Shown here: positions 6,390-13,702 of the stretch, piece after piece
How the letters are laid out: every line of letters begins with the position of its first letter
How positions within the stretch are numbered: position 1 is the stretch's first letter
NCBI GenBank assembly: GCA_964555125.1
Contig: CAZKRQ010000005.1
Location: 1 to 19,474, forward strand
DNA from: an uncultured Oscillospiraceae bacterium
GTDB lineage: Bacteria; Bacillota; Clostridia; Oscillospirales; Ruminococcaceae
Reading direction: 5' to 3'
DNA: 19,474 nucleotides
Program-made: the position numbers and the translations under genes
Notes under the pieces: generated by a model
Seen by the model: only the letters and a program-made list of their open reading frames with translations
Databases searched by the model: none
What the model was told of the DNA's origin: nothing

Positions 6390-6635
6390 CTATTCTTCGA
6401 TCAGCTCATACATTTCGCGCGCCGTGTCTTTTCCCGCCTTTTCGTCTACCGAGAGCACCCGCGCCTTGACCGCGCGCACGCCCATCGTGATCTCGAGCAC
6501 ATCGCCGGGCGAAACATGATAGCTCGCCTTCACCGGCCGCCCGTTGACCGAGACGCGCGACGCGTCGCACACCTCGTTGGCGACGGTGCGCCTCTTGATG
6601 ATGCGGCTGACCTTTAAAAACTTATCCACGCGCAT
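6390..6635 (-). CDS. yabO: S4-domain RNA-binding protein (YabO / Hsp15-like).
   Basis: MRVDKFLKVSRIIKRRTVANE... S4 fold signature, 81 aa. AGGAGGG RBS 8 nt upstream of the ATG at 6633-6635. The longer track ORF has no RBS. Confidence 0.8.
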   Translation of the reverse strand: MRVDKFLKVSRIIKRRTVANEVCDASRVSVNGRPVKASYHVSPGDVLEITMGVRAVKARVLSVDEKAGKDTAREMYELIEE

Positions 6636-6655
6636 GGCGCAAATCCCTCCTGTTG

Positions 6656-6693
6656 AAGAAATCCCCGGAAGCCTCCGCCCCCGGGGATTTCTT
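6656..6693 (-). promoter_or_regulatory. 13-bp perfect stem-loop (AAGAAATCCCCGG ... CCGGGGATTTCTT) between hup and yabO. No U-tract on the minus strand. Likely an RNA stabiliser or processing site rather than a terminator.
   Basis: Read directly. Loop is 12 nt. On the minus strand it lies 16 nt after the hup stop and immediately before the yabO RBS. Confidence 0.4.
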
Positions 6694-6709
6694 GTGTCTC
6701 GCAAAAGAA

Positions 6710-6985
6710 TTATTTCGCGACGGCGTCCTTGAGCGCCTTGCCCGCCTTAAAGCTGGGGACCGTCGTGGCAGGAACCTTGACCTGCGCTTTGGTCATGGGG
6801 TTGATGCACACCCGGGCCGGGCGATCCTTCGGCGCAAAGGTGCCGAAGCCCACAAGCTGAATCTTGTCGCCCTTCGCGAGGGTCTCGGTGATGGCGTCAA
6901 ACGTCGCGTTTACCGCTGCATCCGCGTCTTTTTTCGTAAGACCGGCCTTTTCAGCGACCGCGGCAATCAGATCTGCTTTTGTCAT
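6710..6985 (-). CDS. hup: DNA-binding protein HU.
   Basis: 91 aa. MTKADLIAAVAEKAGLTKKDADAAV...GFGTFAPKDRPARVCINPMT is the canonical HU/IHF signature. Confidence 0.9.
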   Translation of the reverse strand: MTKADLIAAVAEKAGLTKKDADAAVNATFDAITETLAKGDKIQLVGFGTFAPKDRPARVCINPMTKAQVKVPATTVPSFKAGKALKDAVAK

Positions 6986-7025
6986 GTTTTTAATTCCTCA
7001 TTTCATATATTCCCAACGCGCGAAA

Positions 7026-7838
7026 TCAGGATTTCGCATCGCTGACGACTTGTTTTTTCGCCTCGGCCCACAGGGCGTTGAGTGCGTCGATCCCGGCGGT
7101 TTTCATGTCCACGCCCCGCGCGGCGGCGAGTTTTTCGACGGCGATAAACCGCGCCGTGAATTTATCGCAGGCCCTTTCGAGCGCCTGCTCGGCGTCCAGC
7201 TTTTGAAACCGCGCGACGTTGACCACCGAGAAGAGAAGGTCTCCGAGCTCCTCCTCGACATTGGTCCCGTTCGCGATCGCCTCGCACAGCTCGTCCATCT
7301 CGCTGCGCAGGTCGTCCATCGCCTGGCCGGCGTTCTCATAGTCGAACCCGACATATCCCGCGCGCTTTTGCACCTTCTGGCTGCGCATGAGCGCGGGCAG
7401 CGCGCGGGGGACATCCAGCACCGAATCGGCGCCGGACCTCTGATGCTTCTCTTCCCGCTTGATGGCCTCCCAGTTGGTCAGCACCGCGTCCGAGTCCTCG
7501 GCCACCACCTCGCCGAACACATGCGGGTGCCGCAGCACCAGCTTTTTGCAGACGCCGTCCGCGACATCCGTGATGTCGAAGTGCCCGAGCTGACGCTCCA
7601 TCTCGGCGTGCAGCGCCACCTGCAACAGCACGTCGCCGAGCTCCTCGCGAAGCAGGGTCAGGTCGCCCTTATCGATGGCCTCGCAGGCCTCGTAGGTCTC
7701 TTCGATAAAATTCTTGCGGATGCTCTCATGCGTCTGCACCTTGTCCCATGCGCAACCCGTTTCGGGGTCGCGCAGGCGGGCAACCAGCGCAATCAGGTCG
7801 TTGACGTCGTAGGAATCCTTGATTTTAAAATTTTCCAT
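7026..7838 (-). CDS. mazG: Nucleoside triphosphate pyrophosphohydrolase MazG (tandem MazG domains).
   Basis: EELGDVLLQVALHAEM and EELGDLLFSVVNVARF EExxD motifs. The start was set at the ATG at 7836-7838 (MENFKIK...), which avoids overlap with the upstream gene that ends at 7849. Confidence 0.85.
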   Translation of the reverse strand: MENFKIKDSYDVNDLIALVARLRDPETGCAWDKVQTHESIRKNFIEETYEACEAIDKGDLTLLREELGDVLLQVALHAEMERQLGHFDITDVADGVCKKLVLRHPHVFGEVVAEDSDAVLTNWEAIKREEKHQRSGADSVLDVPRALPALMRSQKVQKRAGYVGFDYENAGQAMDDLRSEMDELCEAIANGTNVEEELGDLLFSVVNVARFQKLDAEQALERACDKFTARFIAVEKLAAARGVDMKTAGIDALNALWAEAKKQVVSDAKS

Positions 7839-7848
7839 AGGCCCTATT

Positions 7849-9603
7849 TTACCGTAATACGCGCAGCTTTTCAAGCAATTTCGCAATTTTTTTGCCGCCG
7901 GGCAGTCCGTAAATATCTTCCTTGACCAGCGCGTTCAAAAGGGACAGCGCGATCAGATAGACCAGCGCGGCCGCGGCGATCGCGGCGACGGTCGCGAGCC
8001 GGCCGGAAAGGGAGGCGTAGCGGACAAGCAGATTATAGCACAGCATCGCCGAGGCGCCGCACAGGGCCCCCGCGAGCAGCGGCTTGCCGAAGATGCCCCA
8101 GAGATTAAAGCGCACCCCCGACGCGCGGGAGAGAACGATCAGGCTCGCGACGCAGATAAACAGATAGCACAGCAGATTGCCGACCGGCGCGGCCTTGATA
8201 TTGAGGGAGGGCACCGCGACGAGCAGGTAGTTGGAGGCGAGCTTGATCGCGCCGCCGATCAACATCAGAACGACCGGCACCCGGATTTTTCCGATCGCCT
8301 GCAGGAGCGAATTGAGCGGCGTCGCGACCGCCACGAAAATCGCGGCGACGCCGAGGATCGCGAGCATGGGCGGCACGAGGGCCGCGCCGGGGCGCTCGGG
8401 ATACAGCAGCCGCGCGACCGGCGAGGCCATGAACGCGATGCCGAAGCCGCAGGGCGCGGCGATGAGCATCACCATGCGCAGGGTCGATTCCATATGCTTT
8501 TTGAGCGCGTCCTTGTCCGAAACGCCCCACGCGCCCGCGACATGGGGCAGGGCGCTCATGCCGAACGAGCCGGTCAGCGAGGGGACCAGATTAAAGATCG
8601 GGATCGCGAGATAATAGCTGCCGTAAAGAAAGTCGGGGATGCCCTCGACGGCGACCTTCGCCTTTTCGAGCGCGGGCTCGAGCAGGCCGCCGAACGAGGC
8701 GAACATCGCGGGCAGATCGGTCTGGATGACGCTTTGCAGCCGGTTGAGCACCGAGCTGTTGTCGATCAGGCCGGTGATGCTCGTTGTCGCCGCGCTCAGC
8801 GCGATGGGCAGAACGAAGATCCACAGCTGCTTGAGCTGATAGCGGCTCGGGTGAGGCTTGGGGCTGTCGAGCAGGTCGACGCGGCGCACACCGTCGCCCT
8901 TGAACAGCCGGCGAACGACGAGATAGAGCCAGCCGGCGAAGGTCGAGATGCTCACGCCGAGAATCGCCGCCGCGGAGACCCACGCCGCGATCATGCTGAC
9001 CGCCTCGGTCTCCTGCGCGAAGGTCTGGCCGAGCACCGTGCCCTTCTGCGCGAACTCCGCGTTGAGCCCGTTTTGCACGAGCATCGCAAAGCCAAAGCCG
9101 CACGCCGCCTTGAACAACACCTCCACGACCTGCGAAACCGCCGTCGGCGTCATGTTGCTCATGCCCTGATTATAGCCCCGATGGGTCGACATTAAACAGC
9201 AGAAGAGCAGAGAGGGCGCCACCGCCAGAATGCTATAGACCGCCTGTGGGCTGCCGATCGCGGCCGAGTAGGGCCTTGCGATGAGGATCAGCGCCCCCGT
9301 CGCCACGATGCCCAGCAGCAGGAAGGCGCGGTTCGCGACCCTGACGAGCTGCTTGACGTCGCGATAGCGACCCTGCGCCGCATAGCTCGCGACCAGCTTG
9401 GAGACGGCGACCGGGAAACCGGTCACGGCGATGGAATAGATCGCCGTATATAAATTGTAGGCTTAATTATAATAGGCGTTGCCGGTTTCGCCGATCAGGT
9501 TCATCAGCGGCAGACGGTAAATCGCGCCGACGATCTTGACGATCACGACGGCGAAGGTCAGAATGACGCCGCCCTGCACCAGATTTTGCTTTTTTTCAGC
9601 CAA
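7849..9603 (-). pseudogene. MOP-superfamily SpoVB/MurJ/YabM-like polysaccharide or lipid-II flippase gene interrupted by a single in-frame TAA (minus-strand codon at plus 9463-9465). N-terminal fragment 9466-9603 (TTG start, 46 aa); C-terminal fragment 7849-9426 (525 aa, GTG in the track).
   Basis: Minus-strand translation upstream of the track ORF reads MAEKKQNLVQGGVILTFAVVIVKIVGAIYRLPLMNLIGETGNAYYN*AYNLYTAIYSIAVTGFPVAVSKLVA. This aligns without gaps to the SpoVB/MurJ N-terminus (IGEEGVGLYMMAAPTFF...GLPVAISKLVAE), with the stop at a normally hydrophobic position. PspA, for example, ends in TAA, so the code is standard. Confidence 0.6.
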
Positions 9604-9663
9604 TGGATTGCCCTGCCTTGCGTAAGTTTTCGGGCGCCGCGGGAAGCGATGCCCGCCGGACGG

Positions 9664-10038
9664 TCAGAATTTCGCGCCGCACTGGCCGCAAAACGCCGAC
9701 GTGCCGATACGGGGCGCGCCGCACTGGGCGCAGACCTCGACCGCCGCGGCCTCCGGCGTGTCCTTTTCCCGCGCCGCCTCCGCCTCCAATCGGGCGACTT
9801 CCGCCTCAAGCGCGCCGAGCTTTTCGATGATCCCGGCCCGGCGCGCGGCGTCAGCCTGCTCGCCTCTGCTCTCGCGGTAGGCCTGCTCGCCGAGCTCCAG
9901 ATACAGCTCGCGCATCCCGCTCTTCGCCCGGCCGATCGCGAGCCGGCGCTTTTCCCTGCCGGCAAGGTCCCCGGCTGTCCGCGAGACCGCCCGCGCCGCG
10001 TCCTTGGCTGTTTTTGCCGCTTTGTCGAAAAAGTCCAT
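9664..10038 (-). CDS. Small coiled-coil protein with a C-terminal CxxC...CxxC zinc ribbon (function unknown).
   Basis: 124 aa from the ATG at 10036-10038 with an AAGGAAAT RBS. C-terminus CAQCGAPRIGTSAFCGQCGAKF. Central heptad-like EKLGALEAEVARLEAEAAREK. Confidence 0.65.
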   Translation of the reverse strand: MDFFDKAAKTAKDAARAVSRTAGDLAGREKRRLAIGRAKSGMRELYLELGEQAYRESRGEQADAARRAGIIEKLGALEAEVARLEAEAAREKDTPEAAAVEVCAQCGAPRIGTSAFCGQCGAKF

Positions 10039-10078
10039 AGCAGATTTCCTTTTCTTCAAATAATAGACGAGCATGTTT

Positions 10079-10107
10079 ATTATAGACTTCGCCCCCGCAC
10101 ATTGCAA
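10079..10107 (-). promoter_or_regulatory. Consensus sigma-A promoter TTGCAA-N17-TATAAT for the small zinc-ribbon gene (minus strand).
   Basis: Read on the minus strand, TTGCAA (plus 10102-10107) and TATAAT (plus 10079-10084) are separated by 17 nt, about 40 nt upstream of the ATG. Confidence 0.45.
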
Positions 10108-10249
10108 GGCCGGTAAGAGAGCTTATGAGAAACAGAGGCTTTTCATGCATGGAAAGCCGAAAATCCGCCGCCCATGAAAGCCGCCCGGCCGCAAATGCGC
10201 CCGCTTCCCCGGCATTTTCGGCCACAGCCTTGCCTTTCGGACAGGGCGG

Positions 10250-11197
10250 TCAGATCGCGAGCTCGAGGCCGCCCAGAAATTCCCGCACCATCGAATCGGG
10301 CGGAACGCTCTCGACCGGCAGCGGCGCAAATTGCGCGGCCAGCCCGCACAGGCGAAGCATCGCCTCGCGGTACGCACCGCCCTCCGCCTCGTCGGCCGCG
10401 AGCTTTTCGAGGATCGGGCGGAACACGCACGGCTCATAGGGGAAGGAGGTATCCAGCAGCATGTTGGAGATCTCCTTAAAGGGCTTGATCCAGATCTCCT
10501 CGCCCGCCATCATGTCCTCCCAGACCCGCAGCGTGTCCTCGACGCGGTAGCCGCGGAAATAATAGTCGCGCACCATGCGGCGGATAATGCGCAGGTCCCG
10601 GGTGTTGACGACCCGCGCGCCATAGCGGTAATATTCGTTGCGCAGCCCGACATAAAGCCGGAAAACGCGATCCTGCGGGATGCGCTCGGAGAGCAGCGGG
10701 TTGAGCGCGTGGATGCCCTCGATGATGGCGAAGCCGCCCGGCTCCAGCGACAGGGGCCGGGTCTCGGGCCTGCGGTGCTGGGCGACAAAATCAAACTGCG
10801 GCAGCTCGCAGTGTCCCTCGCGCAGCAGCTTGTCGAGCGTCTCGTTGACGCACTCGATGTCGACCGCGTTGACGTGCTCGAGATCGGGCTCGCCCTTCGC
10901 GTTTTTCGGATAGTCCTCGATGCCGCGGAAAAAGTCGTCCAGAGAGATTACGACCGCCTGACGGCCCCGCGCGCGCAGCTCGAGCGCGAGCTTTTTAGAG
11001 GAGGTCGTCTTTCCGCTCGCCGACGGCCCCGACACCATGACGATCGAGCAGCCGCTCTGCTCGACCGCGTCGGCCACCGCGCGAACGCGGTCGCGGTAGT
11101 TCTCCTCGCTCTGGCGGATGAAATTGGGGTTGGAGGTGACGATGTGGTTGATGTCGCTCACCTCAAAGCGGGTCTTGGGCTTAAATACAGCTTTCAT
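10250..11197 (-). CDS. P-loop nucleoside/uridine kinase family protein (PRK/Udk-like) with N- and C-terminal extensions.
   Basis: Walker A GPSASGKTT. IEGIHALNP-type kinase core. The start was set at the ATG at 11195-11197 (MKAVFKPK...), 14 nt after the HemZ stop. Confidence 0.7.
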   Translation of the reverse strand: MKAVFKPKTRFEVSDINHIVTSNPNFIRQSEENYRDRVRAVADAVEQSGCSIVMVSGPSASGKTTSSKKLALELRARGRQAVVISLDDFFRGIEDYPKNAKGEPDLEHVNAVDIECVNETLDKLLREGHCELPQFDFVAQHRRPETRPLSLEPGGFAIIEGIHALNPLLSERIPQDRVFRLYVGLRNEYYRYGARVVNTRDLRIIRRMVRDYYFRGYRVEDTLRVWEDMMAGEEIWIKPFKEISNMLLDTSFPYEPCVFRPILEKLAADEAEGGAYREAMLRLCGLAAQFAPLPVESVPPDSMVREFLGGLELAI

Positions 11198-12635
11198 AAA
11201 ATGTACGGATACCGTCCTTTCTGCGAAGGAGCTCGTCGAATCCGTCGAGATATTCCTTAGCATATTTATAGTTGAAGATTCGGGTGATCAGACCGCTGCT
11301 CTGGTTTTTCAGCTTGGTGACGCCCCCCGCGCCGCACGCCAGGATCGTGTGCAGCTCGTCCATGATATACACGTTATACAGGCAGGCGAAGCCCGGCCGG
11401 GCATAGCCCGTGTTCTCCAGATTGTCGACGGTGCCCTTCTGCTTATACATGTAATAGGGCGCATAGCCCGCGCGGCGCAGCGTCTGATAGGCGCGCGACA
11501 CCATTTTGGCGGCGTCGGGGCTCGCCTGGTCCCTGCGCTCGGTCATGCGCGAGGCCCGCTTGAGGGTCAGCGCGTGCACGGTGATATTTTCGGGCGACAG
11601 GCCGAGCAGCCAGTCGAGGCTGTGGGCAAAGCCGGGCAGGTCGTCGAGCGGCAGGCCCGCGATCAGGTCGGCGTTGATGTTGTCAAACCCCGCCTCCCTC
11701 GCCTCGGCGAAGCTGCGCTCGATGTCCTCCGCCGTGTGCCTTCGGCCGATCGCGTCGAGCACGCGCTGGTTAGCGGTCTGTGGGTTGATCGAAAGCCGCC
11801 CGACGCCGGCGCGCTGCAAAACGGCGAGCTTCTCGGGCGTGATCGTGTCGGGCCGGCCCGCCTCGACCGAGAATTCGCGCGCCTCGTCCATCGGGAAGCA
11901 GCGGTTGATCGTGTCGGTCAGCCGGTCGAGCTGCGCCGCGCTCAGGGTCGTCGGCGTGCCCCCGCCGATATAGACGCTCTCCAGCCGCAGCTTCAGGGCT
12001 TTCGCGATGCGCGCCGTCTCGAGCAGCTCCTCACAGAGCCGCTCGAGGTAGGGCTCGACAAGCGCGCGGTCGCGGTCGACCTCCTTGGAGACAAACGAGC
12101 AGTAGCTGCAACGGGTCGGACAAAACGGGATCGAGACATACAGCGAATAGGAGCGCGGTGTGTTCGCCTGCGCGATCTGCGCGCTCATCGCCGCCGTCTC
12201 GACGCAGAGACTCGCCTTGTCCGGCGCGACGAGATAGCGCTCACACAGCAGCCTCTCGACCTCTTCGGGCGTGTTGCGCGCAAGCAGCCCGCCCGCGAAT
12301 TTGGCGGGGCGTATGCCTGTCATAACCCCCCACGGGGGTTCCTTGCCCGTCAGCTCGGACAGGCAGCGCCACAGCAGCCGGGCCAGACGCAGCTCGCATT
12401 CCTTTTCGCCTTCCCCTGCCGGGGCCAGTTCGCGCCGTTCGGCGGTGCGCCCGCCGAGCCGCGCGCAGCTGCCCAGCTTGATCCCCTCGCAGCTTTCGGA
12501 GCGCCATGCCCAGACGAAGTCCTCTTTATCCGTCAGGTCCGGCCGGCCCGCCTCGGCGGCGTCCGCGGGGCCGAACATCCGCGCCACGTTCTCGATTTCA
12601 TAGCCAAACGGGTGGCCCTCAATAAAGACCTTCAT
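11181..12635 (-). CDS. hemZ: Radical-SAM oxygen-independent coproporphyrinogen dehydrogenase family protein with an N-terminal extension (HemZ-like).
   Basis: CPTRCSYCSF is a CxxxCxxC radical-SAM motif. GGGTPT. 484 aa with an N-terminal extension of about 160 aa, typical of HemZ. Confidence 0.8.
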   Translation of the reverse strand: MKVFIEGHPFGYEIENVARMFGPADAAEAGRPDLTDKEDFVWAWRSESCEGIKLGSCARLGGRTAERRELAPAGEGEKECELRLARLLWRCLSELTGKEPPWGVMTGIRPAKFAGGLLARNTPEEVERLLCERYLVAPDKASLCVETAAMSAQIAQANTPRSYSLYVSIPFCPTRCSYCSFVSKEVDRDRALVEPYLERLCEELLETARIAKALKLRLESVYIGGGTPTTLSAAQLDRLTDTINRCFPMDEAREFSVEAGRPDTITPEKLAVLQRAGVGRLSINPQTANQRVLDAIGRRHTAEDIERSFAEAREAGFDNINADLIAGLPLDDLPGFAHSLDWLLGLSPENITVHALTLKRASRMTERRDQASPDAAKMVSRAYQTLRRAGYAPYYMYKQKGTVDNLENTGYARPGFACLYNVYIMDELHTILACGAGGVTKLKNQSSGLITRIFNYKYAKEYLDGFDELLRRKDGIRTFYESCI

Positions 12636-12638
12636 GGC

Positions 12639-13211
12639 TCAGCGCTCGATAAAGGGGTTGTGCGCGCGCTCATAGGCGAGGCTCGTCGCCTCCATGTGCC
12701 CGGGATAGACCTCGAGATCCGCGTCGGGCAGATCCCGCAGCTTGATGAGGGAGCGGCGCAGAACGTCAAAGCTGCCGCCCGCAAGGTCGGTCCGCCCCAC
12801 GCTGTCGCGAAACAGGGTGTCGCCGGCAAACAGCGCGCCGCCGCACCGGTAGCAGACGCCGCCCGGCGTGTGGCCCGGCGTCTCGATGGCCGTGAAGGTC
12901 AGCGCGCCGCAGTCGATCTGCGCGCCGTCCCGCGCAAGCTGGTCGGGCTCGAACTGGATGCAGGCCCTGTCCCCCTCGCCGATCACAACCCGCGCGCCGG
13001 TCGCGCGGCGCAGCGCCTCGAGGCCACCAATGTGGTCGAAATGTCCGTGGGTCAGCAGAATGACCTCGCAGGTCAGGCCGTGGTCGTCGAGAAAGTCGAG
13101 AATTCGATCCGGCTCGTCGCCCGGGTCGATCACGGCGCAGCGGCCCGCGCCGTCCCCGACGACATAGCAATTGGTTTGCAGCGTTCCGACAGGAATCACA
13201 TCGATTTTCAT
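12639..13211 (-). CDS. MBL-fold metallo-hydrolase (glyoxalase-II-like).
   Basis: LLTHGHFDHIGG is an HxHxDH motif. 190 aa. GGAGGAG RBS. Confidence 0.85.
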   Translation of the reverse strand: MKIDVIPVGTLQTNCYVVGDGAGRCAVIDPGDEPDRILDFLDDHGLTCEVILLTHGHFDHIGGLEALRRATGARVVIGEGDRACIQFEPDQLARDGAQIDCGALTFTAIETPGHTPGGVCYRCGGALFAGDTLFRDSVGRTDLAGGSFDVLRRSLIKLRDLPDADLEVYPGHMEATSLAYERAHNPFIER

Positions 13212-13243
13212 GTCGCGTCTCCTCCAAAATCACAATGGTATAT

Positions 13244-13699
13244 TCAACGGGCCCATTCGTCGGTGTCCATCACGATGGTCACCGGGCCGTCGTTGGTCAA
13301 TGTGACGAGCATATCGGCGCCGAATTCGCCGCAGCCGAACGCCGAAAAGGGGTAAGCCCGCAGCGCCTCGCAGAACCGCGCGAACGCCTCGGCGGCAAAC
13401 GGAGGCTTTGCGGCGGCGATAAAGGAGGGCCTGTTTCCCTTCCTTGTGTCGGCGAGCAGGGTGAAGTTGGGCACGACGAGCGCGCCCCCACCGGTCTCAA
13501 GCGCAGAGCGGTTCATCCTTCCCTCCCCGTCGGCAAAAACGCGCAGATGCGCGGCCTTCGCGGCCAGCTTCGGGATGAGCGCGAGGGTGTCGCCCTCTTT
13601 TGCGCCGAACAGAATCAGCAGCCCCGGCCCGATTTCCCCCCGGGTAATTCCGCCGATAGAAACCGAGGCATTTTTTACTCTTTGTATAATCAGTTTCAT
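13244..13699 (-). CDS. dtd: D-aminoacyl-tRNA deacylase.
   Basis: MKLIIQRVKNASVSIGG...SGPVT... family signature. 151 aa. Lies 3 nt after the relA stop, matching the conserved relA-dtd linkage. Confidence 0.9.
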   Translation of the reverse strand: MKLIIQRVKNASVSIGGITRGEIGPGLLILFGAKEGDTLALIPKLAAKAAHLRVFADGEGRMNRSALETGGGALVVPNFTLLADTRKGNRPSFIAAAKPPFAAEAFARFCEALRAYPFSAFGCGEFGADMLVTLTNDGPVTIVMDTDEWAR

Positions 13700-13702
13700 A
13701 AA

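Noticed and set aside
9463-9465. Alternative genetic code or programmed stop-codon recoding at the in-frame TAA
   Set aside because: TAA is used as a normal terminator elsewhere in the window (pspA, hup, hemZ, flippase gene). TAA recoding is not known in Firmicutes. A point mutation or a sequencing error is more parsimonious.
11118-13355. 745-aa plus-strand ORF
   Set aside because: Antisense to hemZ, the MBL gene and dtd. Its Arg/Ala/Gly/Pro-rich composition is typical of open antisense frames in 65% GC DNA. No RBS and no family resemblance.
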